Shown here: positions 43,654-52,989 of the stretch, piece after piece | Position numbering within the stretch: position 1 is the first letter of the stretch | Layout: every line of letters begins with the position of its first letter | Source: Halobacteriovoraceae bacterium | GTDB taxonomy: Bacteria > Bdellovibrionota > Bacteriovoracia > Bacteriovoracales > Bacteriovoracaceae | Length of the DNA stretch: 64,000 nucleotides | NCBI GenBank assembly: GCA_002713145.1 | Contig: PAVS01000017.1 | Location: 3,824-67,823, forward strand | Reading direction: 5' to 3' | Notes under the pieces: model-generated | The model's input: the letters and a program-made list of their open reading frames with translations, nothing else | What the model was told of the DNA's origin: nothing | Database searches by the model: none | Position numbers and translations under genes: made by a program

Positions 43654-45717
43654 CTACACCCTCACCGTCCCTAAGGATCTTATATTAACTTCCGAGCTTA
43701 ACTCGTTATGACTGACAACAATTAAGTTCGGGATAAATTTTTCTGTTAATCTTTTGAAATGTCTTCTGACAACAGGTGAACACAAGACAATCATCTTCTC
43801 ACCCATATTGGTGGCTTCTTCGATGCGCTCGTTAAGACTTGCTAAAATTGTCTGGGTTAATTGCGGATCCAAAGATAACTCCTGCCCTTTTTCAGTCTGA
43901 ATAATGTTTTGGGCAAGTGCTTCTTCTATTGATCGGTCCAAAGTGAATAAGGGAACATCTCCTTGATCACTTTTGACTTTTTCTGTAATTGTTCTATACA
44001 GCGCTTCCCTGGCCATTTCAGTCAGACTATCCGTGTCCTTAATTATTGTACCATGCTCAGCAAGAGATTCAAGAATTGTTCGCATATCTCTAATAGATAC
44101 AGACTCTCTCAATAAATTCTGTAGAACCTTTAGTACAGCCCCGAGAGGTAAAATGTCAGGTACTAAATCATCTACAATCTTAGGGTATTCCTGTTTAAAG
44201 TTATCAAGTACACCCACCAACTCTTGTCTTCCAAATAATTCATGTAAATTACTCTTGAGTATTTCAGTTATATGGGTGGCTATGACAGTTGAGAGATCCA
44301 CGACAGTATAGCCGTTATACTGAGCATCATCTTTAAGATCTTCACTGATCCAAACAGCATCTAAGCCGAAGACTGGTTCAGTGGTTTGTACCCCTTCAAT
44401 TGGCTCAATGACAGTACCTGGATCCATGGCCAAGAAGTGATCACTCATCAGCTCAGCACTGGCCACTTCAATTCCTTTAATGCGAACTGAATAGCCCCCA
44501 GGTTTAAGTTCTAAATTATCGCGAATTCGAATAGAAGGAATGATGATACCCCAATCGGTTACAAATTGTTTTCTTATATGTGAAATTCTTTCTAGTAAAT
44601 CACCATCTTGTTCACTATCTACAATATTCACTAATCCATAACCTACTTCTAGCTCGATCATCTCGAGGTTGAGTAGATCTTCAAGGTTTTCATTAGTATT
44701 TTTCTTCTCCTCAATTGCTTCCATTTTTTCTTGAGCCTGCTCCATCTCTTTTCCACGCTCAATCCTAAACGCTATAAAGGCAAGAGTGGATGAAATCATC
44801 ACAAAAGGAAGAACAGGGAAACCAGGGATAAGAGAAAATAAAAAGATCACACCTGCTGTAATATAAAGCGCTCTTGGGTTTAGTGAAAATTGCTGGGTGA
44901 GTTGGTCGCTTAGCCCTTCATCACTTTGGTTTCGAGTGGCAATAATACCAGCAGCCGTAGAAATAATAAGAGCAGGAATTTGGGCCACAAGTCCATCACC
45001 TACAGTGAGTAGAGTGAAGACTTCAGTTGCTTCTCCAAAGCCCATATCTTTTTGGGCCATACCAATAATAATCCCACCAACGATATTGATGGCGGTAATA
45101 AGAATACCTGCGATAGCATCCCCGCGCACGAATTTACTGGCACCATCCATACTCCCGTAGAAATCAGCTTCTTGGGCAACTTCTTGACGTCGTTGTTTAG
45201 CCTCTACATCGTTGATAAGCCCAGCATTAAGATCGGCATCAATCGCCATTTGCTTACCTGGCATCGCATCGAGTGTGAATCTTGCAGCGACTTCAGCAAC
45301 CCTTCCCGCACCTTTGGTAATAACGATAAAGTTGATGATAACAAAAATGATAAAGATAATGATACCGACGGCGAAGTTACCTCCGACAACATAATCACCA
45401 AACGCTGCAATAATATCCCCAGCGGCAGCATCCTGTTCCCCTCCTCTAATAAGAATATTTCTCGTGGAGGCAATATTCAGTGAAAGCCTAAATAATGTCA
45501 CAACAAGAAGAACGGAAGGAAAAGTTGAGAAGTCTAACGGTTTTTTAATATAAACACTGATCAGAAGTATAGCTATGGAGCCGGCTAAAACCGTGGAGAT
45601 AAAAAGGTCCATGAAAAAAGGACTGACTGGAACAACCATAACCCCTAGGGTAAGAAGTAAACCTACCGCGATAGCGAGGTCTGAATTCTTAGCAAAGTCT
45701 TTAAATTTTCCAAACAT
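43654..45717 (-). CDS. flhA: Flagellar export gate protein FlhA
   Basis: FHIPEP family, with VAEVAARFTLDAMPGKQMAIDADLNAGLI. It has an N-terminal polytopic domain and a large cytoplasmic C-domain; 687 aa. Confidence 0.95.
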   Translation of the reverse strand: MFGKFKDFAKNSDLAIAVGLLLTLGVMVVPVSPFFMDLFISTVLAGSIAILLISVYIKKPLDFSTFPSVLLVVTLFRLSLNIASTRNILIRGGEQDAAAGDIIAAFGDYVVGGNFAVGIIIFIIFVIINFIVITKGAGRVAEVAARFTLDAMPGKQMAIDADLNAGLINDVEAKQRRQEVAQEADFYGSMDGASKFVRGDAIAGILITAINIVGGIIIGMAQKDMGFGEATEVFTLLTVGDGLVAQIPALIISTAAGIIATRNQSDEGLSDQLTQQFSLNPRALYITAGVIFLFSLIPGFPVLPFVMISSTLAFIAFRIERGKEMEQAQEKMEAIEEKKNTNENLEDLLNLEMIELEVGYGLVNIVDSEQDGDLLERISHIRKQFVTDWGIIIPSIRIRDNLELKPGGYSVRIKGIEVASAELMSDHFLAMDPGTVIEPIEGVQTTEPVFGLDAVWISEDLKDDAQYNGYTVVDLSTVIATHITEILKSNLHELFGRQELVGVLDNFKQEYPKIVDDLVPDILPLGAVLKVLQNLLRESVSIRDMRTILESLAEHGTIIKDTDSLTEMAREALYRTITEKVKSDQGDVPLFTLDRSIEEALAQNIIQTEKGQELSLDPQLTQTILASLNERIEEATNMGEKMIVLCSPVVRRHFKRLTEKFIPNLIVVSHNELSSEVNIRSLGTVRV

Positions 45718-45739
45718 ATCTCATCCTTGAGGCACTGTT

Positions 45740-46819
45740 TTAGCCCAGTGCTTTTTTCTTTTTCTTTACTCGATAAACGAAGGCCAAGATCTCTGCAACT
45801 GCTTTGTATAAAGATCGTGGAACACCTTCTCCCACCTTCACTGTTTTATGCAGAGCTCGTGCCAATGGTACATTTTCTACTATCGGGATATCGTGCTCTT
45901 TTGCAATTTCTCTGATTCTTAAAGCCAGATGGTCCTGGCCTTTTCCGATCACCTGAGGGGCGATCATCGTGATATTATCATACCTTACCACAATAGAAAT
46001 ATGGGTGGGGTTAGTAATAATTACATCCGCAGTAGGAATATCTGCAATCATTCGCTTCTGAGACATCTCTCTTTGAATGCTTCTGATTTTTTGCTTGACC
46101 TCAGGATTCCCGTCTTTTTCTTTTGATTCTTCTTTAACTTGTTGCTTAGTCATTCTGAGTTTTTGCTTATACAAGTATTTCTCCCAAGCAAAGTCAGCGA
46201 TAGCCACGATAATGAGACCAATAAGAATGGCGAAAGCCAATTTAAAAGCAAAGTTTTTTCCATGCCCAAAAGCTTGAGCGGCATCGAGATGAAGATAGCC
46301 AGTAAAAGAGAGTAAATTATCACTCATAATATAAAAAGTGATTGAGAGCACAAGACTGAACTTAAAAATTCCTTTGACAACTTCACCCAGTGATTTTTTA
46401 CTAAAAAGTTTTTTGACCCCTTGGGTGGGGTTAATGCGGTTAAATTTCAGCTGCAATACTTCTGGAGCATACACAAGCCCTACCTGCATAACTTGAGCGA
46501 TAAAACCTAAAATAAAAGAAACAAAAAAGACAGGACCAATACATTTACCTGCAGCAATCATTGTCTCAGTCAGGATTCTTTGACTCAGCTCTTCGGTATA
46601 AGCTTTCTTAAAATCCAGCGCATAAAGCCATTCCATATACTCATGGATCACTTCAAAAATAAATAAACTGGAGAGAATCAACGTTGTGAATGTCCCTGTC
46701 AAAATAAGCACACTGTTGAGCTCTTTTGAGGAGGCAACATCACCTTTCTTCCTAGCTTCGTCTATACGATGCTGGGAAGGTTCTTCGGTTTTTTCTCCTG
46801 AGTCTGAATCATCAGCCAC
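45740..46819 (-). CDS. flhB: Flagellar export switch protein FlhB
   Basis: N-terminal GEKTEEPSQHRIDEARKKG, four TM helices, and the NPTH autocleavage site (ITNPTHISIV). Confidence 0.95.
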   Translation of the reverse strand: MADDSDSGEKTEEPSQHRIDEARKKGDVASSKELNSVLILTGTFTTLILSSLFIFEVIHEYMEWLYALDFKKAYTEELSQRILTETMIAAGKCIGPVFFVSFILGFIAQVMQVGLVYAPEVLQLKFNRINPTQGVKKLFSKKSLGEVVKGIFKFSLVLSITFYIMSDNLLSFTGYLHLDAAQAFGHGKNFAFKLAFAILIGLIIVAIADFAWEKYLYKQKLRMTKQQVKEESKEKDGNPEVKQKIRSIQREMSQKRMIADIPTADVIITNPTHISIVVRYDNITMIAPQVIGKGQDHLALRIREIAKEHDIPIVENVPLARALHKTVKVGEGVPRSLYKAVAEILAFVYRVKKKKKALG

Positions 46820-46830
46820 GTTTTAGTCTC

Positions 46831-47610
46831 CTATATGACAAACTGGAACCACTCGCCCAGTCTCTCAACGTACATTTTGTATGCGACTTGGAAAAACTCT
46901 TCCGAAATCGCAAAAAAGACAACCAACCCTACTCCAATATTCACAACGAAACTTACCATCAAGATATTCATCTGAGGAATAGTTCTGGCGACAATACCCA
47001 TCACCATATTGAGAAGTAGATTGGTAAATAATATAGGTGTCGCAAGCAAGAAAGCTGCTTGAAAAACACCTTTAAAAAATTCGTGATAAAAAATATGTAT
47101 CTGCGCAAACTTTCCAAGGTCTGCTGCGGTGATACTAAAAAATGAATTGAGCACTCCTTTAAACATAGGAAGGAGGGCTCCCGTTTGAATAATCATAATA
47201 AGCACTGTCCACTGAATAATTTTTTCAAAGGGACCTACTTGTGCTGAAAATGTCGGATCAAAATAGCTTACAGAGGTAAAGCCCATCTGCTGAGTCATAA
47301 TCGTCCCTGCTGCTGCAAACAACTGCATGATGGTTTTGACGAGAAAACCAATAAAAAGTCCGACAATAGTATGAAAAATAGTGAGATACCAAAATTGATC
47401 CATCCCCACAGTTAAAACTTCTTTCACCATCGCTGCTTCGACAATGGGAAAAAAAGCATAACTTATGATCAATGACATTAAAATTTTAACCATGACAGGA
47501 ACACTGGTGTTATCAAAAATAGGAATTTGGAAAAGTATCGCCACCCATCTGGTAAATGTTAACCAGAACGCTATAAAAACGGGATAATCGACGATACTTA
47601 CATTGATCAT
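46831..47610 (-). CDS. fliR: Flagellar export apparatus protein FliR
   Basis: 259-aa polytopic protein between fliQ and flhB. It overlaps fliQ by 4 nt. Confidence 0.85.
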   Translation of the reverse strand: MINVSIVDYPVFIAFWLTFTRWVAILFQIPIFDNTSVPVMVKILMSLIISYAFFPIVEAAMVKEVLTVGMDQFWYLTIFHTIVGLFIGFLVKTIMQLFAAAGTIMTQQMGFTSVSYFDPTFSAQVGPFEKIIQWTVLIMIIQTGALLPMFKGVLNSFFSITAADLGKFAQIHIFYHEFFKGVFQAAFLLATPILFTNLLLNMVMGIVARTIPQMNILMVSFVVNIGVGLVVFFAISEEFFQVAYKMYVERLGEWFQFVI

Positions 47611-47885
47611 CTCTGCATCACCATCTGGGGAATATTAGCGTAGAGGTCATGGGTAAATGAAGTAAGAGTTTCCATCATCCATGGGCTTAAAAAAACCAAT
47701 GCCATAACAATAACTAATATTTTGGGAATAAAAGATAGAGTTTGCTCATTGATTTGAGTAACGGCTTGAAAAAGAGAAACCATAATACCGATGACTAAGG
47801 CCCCTAAAAGCATCGGAGCTGCTAACATAAGTGTTATTTTCACTGCTTGATTTGTTACTTCTACAACATAACCTGTATCCATCAC
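47607..47885 (-). CDS. fliQ: Flagellar export apparatus protein FliQ
   Basis: 92 aa with two TM helices. LLGALVIGIMVSLFQAVTQINEQTLSFIPK matches the FliQ/SctS pattern. Confidence 0.9.
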   Translation of the reverse strand: MMDTGYVVEVTNQAVKITLMLAAPMLLGALVIGIMVSLFQAVTQINEQTLSFIPKILVIVMALVFLSPWMMETLTSFTHDLYANIPQMVMQR

Positions 47886-47893
47886 AAACTCCT

Positions 47894-48658
47894 TTAATTA
47901 AAAGATCTAAGAATTGAACCGGTCACTAATTGCCATCCGTCCACTAGGACAAAAAGCAAAAGCTTAAACGGCATTGATATAATGACTGGTGGAAGCATCA
48001 TCATCCCCATTGCCATGAGAACGGAAGCCACAACCATATCTAAAATTAAAAATGGTATATAAAGTAAAAAGCCGATTTGAAACGCTGTCTTTAATTCACT
48101 AATAATAAAAGCTGGGATCAAAAAGTGCAGAGGCACATCATCGATGGTTTGAGGAGCTTGCTTTCCTGTCACATCATAAAAAAGACCAATATCAGCTTTT
48201 CTCACTTGAGATTGCATAAAACCTCTTAGCTCAAACTCTATTCCATCAAGAGCTTCAGTGGTTGTGATTGTTTTATTCATATAAGGCTGAATGGTATTAT
48301 TATAAATATTTTGTCCCGTAGGCATCATAACAAAAAGAGATAAGAACAAAGCAAAACCAATAAGCAATTGATTGGGTGGCATACTTTGAGTACCAATGGC
48401 CTGTCGCATGAAAGAGAGGACAACGATAATTCTCGTAAACGAGGTACAAAGAATAATAAATGCCGGTGCAAGCGAGAGCATGGTAAACAAAGCAAGAACT
48501 TGCATGGTATCCACAAGATCTGTCCCCTGTCCGAAGTTCACACTTAAGCCAGGAAGATTAACATTATTTGCTTGAGCAAACACAGATGAAGAAATCATCG
48601 AAAGAACAAGAGCAAAGAGAATTTTAATCATGAATGGTTTTCTCATCTTTTTCAACAT
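47894..48658 (-). CDS. fliP: Flagellar export apparatus protein FliP
   Basis: Signal peptide plus the conserved blocks LSLAPAFIILCTSFTRIIVVLSF and ELKTAFQIGFLLYIPFLILDMVVASVLMAMGMMMLPP. Confidence 0.95.
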   Translation of the reverse strand: MLKKMRKPFMIKILFALVLSMISSSVFAQANNVNLPGLSVNFGQGTDLVDTMQVLALFTMLSLAPAFIILCTSFTRIIVVLSFMRQAIGTQSMPPNQLLIGFALFLSLFVMMPTGQNIYNNTIQPYMNKTITTTEALDGIEFELRGFMQSQVRKADIGLFYDVTGKQAPQTIDDVPLHFLIPAFIISELKTAFQIGFLLYIPFLILDMVVASVLMAMGMMMLPPVIISMPFKLLLFVLVDGWQLVTGSILRSFN

Positions 48659-48664
48659 TGTTTC

Positions 48665-49771
48665 CTATTGCAAAGGTTTAAGGTCTTTAACTTTCTTTTT
48701 TATTTGATCTGAAAATTTCACTTTATCTTTGATAGGCTCATAACTAGAAAGAGCCGCTTTGGCATTTGACTGAGTGATATCTTCTTTTAGTTTTATTTTT
48801 GAATCGATGGTTTCATCTTCGTCTGCCAGAGTAAGTTTGCTGTCAAAATTGTGACCCGAAAGAGCTTTCTCTCCAGCTTTAAAAAGCCCTGCTGCATCTT
48901 TGATCTCTGAGATAGGATGAATTCCTTGATCTGTATTACTGACTAAAAAGACCTGATTATGGGCTTTGATCAACATAAGGCTCTTTTTGGGAGCGATATA
49001 TGTTTGTGAAACAACTGTAATCTGATCTGTGTTATTCAAAAATCCAAGTTTCCCTTTTTTGATCACACCCTTTTTCATAAGAGTAATGACTCCATAAAAT
49101 AAAAGGAGAACAACTCCAAGAAAAGCCACAAACTTCCCACCATATTCAATCAGAGAAAAGTCACCTTTTTTGCTTTGTCCTAAAAGTCTAGGGCCATTGG
49201 TTGCTGCCAGTTTTGTGTTCACCTTATCTTGTGCTGTCTTCGCATCTACTGCTTTTTCTGCAGGCTTCTCTACTTTCAGCAGTTGATTGAGATAATTCTC
49301 ATCTAAGTTTTCTTTTTTAACAGTTTCTTTTTTTGGCTGAGTAATTTTTCTATATTTTGGAGCTTTCGCCATCTTCACTGCCACTCGAGGAAAAGAGAGA
49401 TCAATTTTATTATCTCTAAAGGTAAGATTGACGTAATCTTTTTTAGCCTGAGCATTAAAAGGAAGAGTGATTTTAATTTTTGAATCAGACTTAGTCGTTT
49501 GATAAGCCTTCAGGCTAGTATCTCTTAACTTTGAAGAGAAACTAACCGAACGCTCTATAGTATTACTCACCTCTGAGTTAGGTATAATGACTTGAATCGT
49601 TTTTCCTACGACAGACATCTCTGGTTGTGATCTCATTTGACCATCATACTGAATAGAAACTGTTCCTCGATGAGCAGTCTTTTTAAAGTCTAATCCTTTA
49701 ATGGTGACCTTTGCTTGAGAACTAAAACTCATGAGTAATGTTAATGTCGTAAGTAAAACTAAGTTTTTCAT
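48665..49771 (-). CDS. fliO: Enlarged FliO-like protein with an N-terminal signal peptide and an AMIN-like periplasmic domain
   Basis: It occupies the fliO slot between fliN and fliP. It has one TM helix (FVAFLGVVLLLFYGVITL) followed by the FliO-like ITVVSQTYIAPKKSLMLIKAHNQVFLVSNTDQGI. The start was chosen at MKNLVLL (49771); the ORF opens at 49810, inside fliN. Confidence 0.6.
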   Translation of the reverse strand: MKNLVLLTTLTLLMSFSSQAKVTIKGLDFKKTAHRGTVSIQYDGQMRSQPEMSVVGKTIQVIIPNSEVSNTIERSVSFSSKLRDTSLKAYQTTKSDSKIKITLPFNAQAKKDYVNLTFRDNKIDLSFPRVAVKMAKAPKYRKITQPKKETVKKENLDENYLNQLLKVEKPAEKAVDAKTAQDKVNTKLAATNGPRLLGQSKKGDFSLIEYGGKFVAFLGVVLLLFYGVITLMKKGVIKKGKLGFLNNTDQITVVSQTYIAPKKSLMLIKAHNQVFLVSNTDQGIHPISEIKDAAGLFKAGEKALSGHNFDSKLTLADEDETIDSKIKLKEDITQSNAKAALSSYEPIKDKVKFSDQIKKKVKDLKPLQ

Positions 49772-49784
49772 ATTGCCTCTATTT

Positions 49785-50165
49785 TTATTTAAGTGTTTCA
49801 ATTCTCTCAAGGGGGCTGATGATATCAGTCAGTCTGATTCCGAATTTTTCATTCACAACCACCACTTCACCTCTTGCAACAAGTTTGCCATTTACGAGAA
49901 CTTCCAGGGGCTCACCTGCAAGCTTGTCCAGCTCTAAAACTGAACCTTGTCCTAATTGAAGTAAATCTTTAATAACCACTTGAGCTCTTCCTAGCTCCAC
50001 ACTTACTTTAAGTGGAATATCCAAAATAAAGTCTAGGTTTTGAACTTTGAGCTTATTAAGAGCGTCGTCACCTGTTTTAATCTGGTCAGCAAGAGATGCA
50101 ATCGCATCTTGTTGATTCTGATCCATTGGAGTTACATTTGATTGATCTTGATTGTTCTCTTCCAT
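49785..50165 (-). CDS. fliN: Flagellar motor switch protein FliN
   Basis: SpoA domain: VELGRAQVVIKDLLQLGQGSVLELDKLAGEPLEVLVNGKLVARGEVVVVNEKFGIRLTDI. Confidence 0.9.
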   Translation of the reverse strand: MEENNQDQSNVTPMDQNQQDAIASLADQIKTGDDALNKLKVQNLDFILDIPLKVSVELGRAQVVIKDLLQLGQGSVLELDKLAGEPLEVLVNGKLVARGEVVVVNEKFGIRLTDIISPLERIETLK

Positions 50166-50169
50166 CTCG

Positions 50170-51162
50170 TTATCCTTTGACTCTTTTTGTAATTTGTACG
50201 GCCCTATTGCCTTTATATTCTCCAGCTAAGCAGAAAAGTTTTTTTACACCTTCTATCTCAATAGCAAGCTCTCCTGAGACCTCTTGATTAATCGGGATAA
50301 TATCCCCGACCTCTAGGCTGACAAGATCCCCTACTGTCATTTGAGTGTCACCTAACTTAACGACAGCTTCTGTTTCGGCTGTATTCACATGGTCATTCAT
50401 TGACATCGTCCAAAGTGAATCAACCACATCATTTTCAGATTGATAACTTGAACTTAGTTTTTGCTTAATGGGTTCAATCGTTGAATAAGGGATAACCACC
50501 ATGATGGTTCCGGAAGCCGATTCAAACTCAACTTCAAAAGTTGTCGTGATAATAACATCACTTGGAGGGACAACACCTACGAATTGTGGGTTGATTTCGG
50601 TACGGCTATACTGAGCATCAATTTTATGAACAGGTGCCCAAGCTTCTTCTAAATCTGTGATGGCCATATCCATGACTCTTTTCATGAATGATAGCTCTAT
50701 GGAAGTAAATTCTTTTCCTTCAATTTTTGTAAAAGGTCTATCCGTTCCCCCAAAATAAGAATCAATGATAGCGTAAGCTAATTTTGATTCAAATACGAGA
50801 AGGGCTGGACCTCTGAGTTCATTAAAGCGCATGATACACATACAACTTGGAATCGGAAGAGTGTTAACAAATTCTCCGAACTTAAGAAGATCAGTAGAGA
50901 TCATAGAAATAGTTGAAATTTTTCTTAGTGAATTAGAGAGTGAGACTCTAAAAGATCTAATGAATCTTTCATAGATGATTTCAAGTATAGGCATTCGCCC
51001 ACGGATAACCCTATCTTGATTGGTTAAATCATAGGGCTGAATATTTTCGGATTCATCATCTTCGAAGTCATCGATAAAATCACTGTCAACACCACTCTCA
51101 TCTTCATCGTTTACAGCGCTTAAGAGTGCATCAACTTCATCTTGACTTAAAACCTGTGCCAT
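50170..51162 (-). CDS. fliM: Flagellar motor switch protein FliM
   Basis: N-terminal LSQDEVDALL motif, a middle FliM domain, and a C-terminal SpoA-like domain. It lies 4 nt upstream of fliN. Confidence 0.9.
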   Translation of the reverse strand: MAQVLSQDEVDALLSAVNDEDESGVDSDFIDDFEDDESENIQPYDLTNQDRVIRGRMPILEIIYERFIRSFRVSLSNSLRKISTISMISTDLLKFGEFVNTLPIPSCMCIMRFNELRGPALLVFESKLAYAIIDSYFGGTDRPFTKIEGKEFTSIELSFMKRVMDMAITDLEEAWAPVHKIDAQYSRTEINPQFVGVVPPSDVIITTTFEVEFESASGTIMVVIPYSTIEPIKQKLSSSYQSENDVVDSLWTMSMNDHVNTAETEAVVKLGDTQMTVGDLVSLEVGDIIPINQEVSGELAIEIEGVKKLFCLAGEYKGNRAVQITKRVKG

Positions 51163-51253
51163 TTTCGTCCCCTCCTGGGCTTGTTTAAAACTTACATCCT
51201 ATAAGTTTTTGTATGTCTCATTGCCAGATTAACTAGCATAGCTCTAATGAGCG

Positions 51254-51811
51254 CTAGTTAATCTGAAAACCAATATAAAATACGTCGATAACCTTAGCGT
51301 CAATTAAAAAAGAGTTTACCGCGGATTTTATTTGTTCTTTTAAATATAATTTTCCATCACGCTTGAGAATATCCTCAGGCCTTTTGGAATTTAAAATACT
51401 GATAATGGTGTCTCTAATCTGTGGCTTTCTAGCTTCCACCTCTGATAGCTCAGAGCTTTCATCCATTTTTAAAACAGCATTTAATCTTACATATCTTCTT
51501 GGACCGTCCCCTTGAGCAAGGTTCACTGTAAAGGTCTTCAGGTCCACTAAATTTTCTTTTGAAATGGTTTCAGTCGCTTCATTCTCTGCCATATGCTCAG
51601 GAGTTTGATCCTGTCCTGCTAGAAGCTTTGTTAAATCAGGCCTGTTCTTTTCCATTTCCATAAATTTATATTGAAAATAGGCTACTGTACCAAGCGCGGC
51701 CATATTCAAAATTAAAAGTAATGCGACAAGGGGATTTTTTCCGGAAGCAGCAGGTGCGGCTTTTGCAGATTCTGCACCACCTGTATTTTCTTCTGTATTA
51801 TCTTCGGCCAT
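51254..51811 (-). CDS. fliL: Flagellar basal-body-associated protein FliL
   Basis: Single TM helix (LVALLLILNMAALGTVAYF), then FTVNLAQGDGPRRYVRLNAVLK and the IDAKVIDVFYIGFQIN ending typical of FliL. It is the first gene of the operon. Confidence 0.8.
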   Translation of the reverse strand: MAEDNTEENTGGAESAKAAPAASGKNPLVALLLILNMAALGTVAYFQYKFMEMEKNRPDLTKLLAGQDQTPEHMAENEATETISKENLVDLKTFTVNLAQGDGPRRYVRLNAVLKMDESSELSEVEARKPQIRDTIISILNSKRPEDILKRDGKLYLKEQIKSAVNSFLIDAKVIDVFYIGFQIN

Positions 51812-51864
51812 TAAAAACTCCTGTTATCGACCCGGCTGAAATCCTATCAACCGCATATGTCAAA

Positions 51865-51893
51865 ATTATACCTGTCAATTGCGCGCAAATCAA
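51865..51893 (-). promoter_or_regulatory. Candidate sigma-70-type promoter of the fliL-fliA operon, TTGATT-N17-TATAAT
   Basis: The minus strand has TTGATT (51893-51888), a 17-nt spacer and TATAAT (51870-51865), about 50 nt upstream of the fliL ATG, which has a CAGGAG RBS. Confidence 0.45.
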
Positions 51894-51988
51894 GACTATC
51901 CCTTCCGGTTTAGTAATTATTGCCCACATTTTTACATGTTATCGTCAAAGCTCTGACAGTTAGTTAAATAAAATTCAATTAAAATTGA

Positions 51989-52423
51989 TTAGGAAAGGAA
52001 AATTTTGCCGATTAGATAGAGCCACATCACTAATAGCACCAGAGTACTTGAGCCAAATGCTCGCATACGTTGAATAATATTATTACTCCCTAAATGAATA
52101 AGAGAGTGAATCAAGCGTAAGAAAACAAAAAGCCAAGCCAGAACGACCATAGGCCAAGTCACAAGCTTTAACGTCAAAATAAGGAGTCCAGTTATCAGGA
52201 AAAGCAGAGGGATTTGAAAGAGATTATTGAAATGATTACTGCAAATAACCATAGGCTCTGGCAAATTCGCTTTATCCATCTGATAGGAAGAAAAATATTT
52301 AAAGGGGACTTCTTTCGATTTAATTGCGGCCACCCTTCTTCTAAACATAATAAAGAGAACCACCGGATAAAAACTTAATTGAGCAAAAACCGCAAGAACA
52401 AACAACTTATCTACAAAATTCAT
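51989..52423 (-). CDS. MAPEG-family-like small membrane protein
   Basis: 144 aa with 4 hydrophobic helices. The layout, with a basic loop after helix 1 (FRRRVAAIKSKE) and NHFNNLFQ, resembles MAPEG proteins. Weak call. Confidence 0.45.
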   Translation of the reverse strand: MNFVDKLFVLAVFAQLSFYPVVLFIMFRRRVAAIKSKEVPFKYFSSYQMDKANLPEPMVICSNHFNNLFQIPLLFLITGLLILTLKLVTWPMVVLAWLFVFLRLIHSLIHLGSNNIIQRMRAFGSSTLVLLVMWLYLIGKIFLS

Positions 52424-52437
52424 TTAACCCCATTTAT

Positions 52438-52465
52438 AAAAAAAAGGGGAAGCCTAAGCCTCCCC
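52438..52465 (-). terminator. Rho-independent terminator after the HU gene
   Basis: The minus strand reads GGGGAGGC-TTAG-GCTTCCCC (8-bp stem with one G-U) followed by T8. Confidence 0.75.
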
Positions 52466-52491
52466 TATATGTAATTAACTTAAAAAAGTTA

Positions 52492-52770
52492 TTAGAACAT
52501 TTCTTTCCAAGCTTTACCTGGCTTAAATTTTGGAAGAGTCTTAGCTTTGATCTTGATCTTCTCACCAGTTGCTGGGTTAACACCCATTCTAGCTGCTCTT
52601 CTTGTTTTAGTAAAAGTACCGAAACCTACTAGAGAAACATCGTCACCTTTCTTAACAGCTTTCTTGATAGTTTCAAGAGTAGTGTTGATGAAAGCATCAG
52701 CATCTTTCTTTGTAATGTGGTTTAATTCTTTAGACTTTAAAATTGCTTCTACAAGCTCTTTTCTGTTCAT
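52492..52770 (-). CDS. hup: HU-family nucleoid-associated DNA-binding protein
   Basis: 92 aa: MNRKELVEAI..., GFGTFTKTRRAARMGVNPATGEKIKIKA, and the beta-arm with Pro. Flanked by a terminator. Confidence 0.9.
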   Translation of the reverse strand: MNRKELVEAILKSKELNHITKKDADAFINTTLETIKKAVKKGDDVSLVGFGTFTKTRRAARMGVNPATGEKIKIKAKTLPKFKPGKAWKEMF

Positions 52771-52936
52771 GACATCTCCTAAACATCAGTGTTAATAATA
52801 CTATAGGAAAATGATTGCGAAGTTTTTTAATAATGGCAAACTTTTTTTACTAAAAAATGTATTTTTTTGTTCACAGGTCAAATCTTGAAAAAAAGCTCCT
52901 GCAAGGGCTTGCCATAAATCATAAATTAGATTAGGC

Positions 52937-52967
52937 AAAAAAAAAGCCTGAAGAATACTTCAGGCTT
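52937..52967 (-). terminator. Rho-independent terminator after the DsbA-like gene
   Basis: The minus strand reads AAGCCTGAAG-TATT-CTTCAGGCTT followed by T9. Confidence 0.8.
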
Positions 52968-52989
52968 CTCACTAAAAATATCAAATGAA

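Noticed and set aside
43973-45483. Plus- and minus-strand ORFs of 60-143 aa inside flhA (43973, 44897, 45052, 45204, 45212)
   Set aside because: They lie entirely within the strongly supported FlhA frame. Their translations are low-complexity Ser/Ile/Pro-rich shadows with no start context.
51824-51830. TCGATAA sigma-28-like -10 element just upstream of fliL
   Set aside because: It lies only about 12 nt from the ATG and overlaps the RBS region. The -35 position reads TTGATAGG rather than TAAAGTTT. The sigma-70-like TTGATT-N17-TATAAT further upstream is a better candidate.
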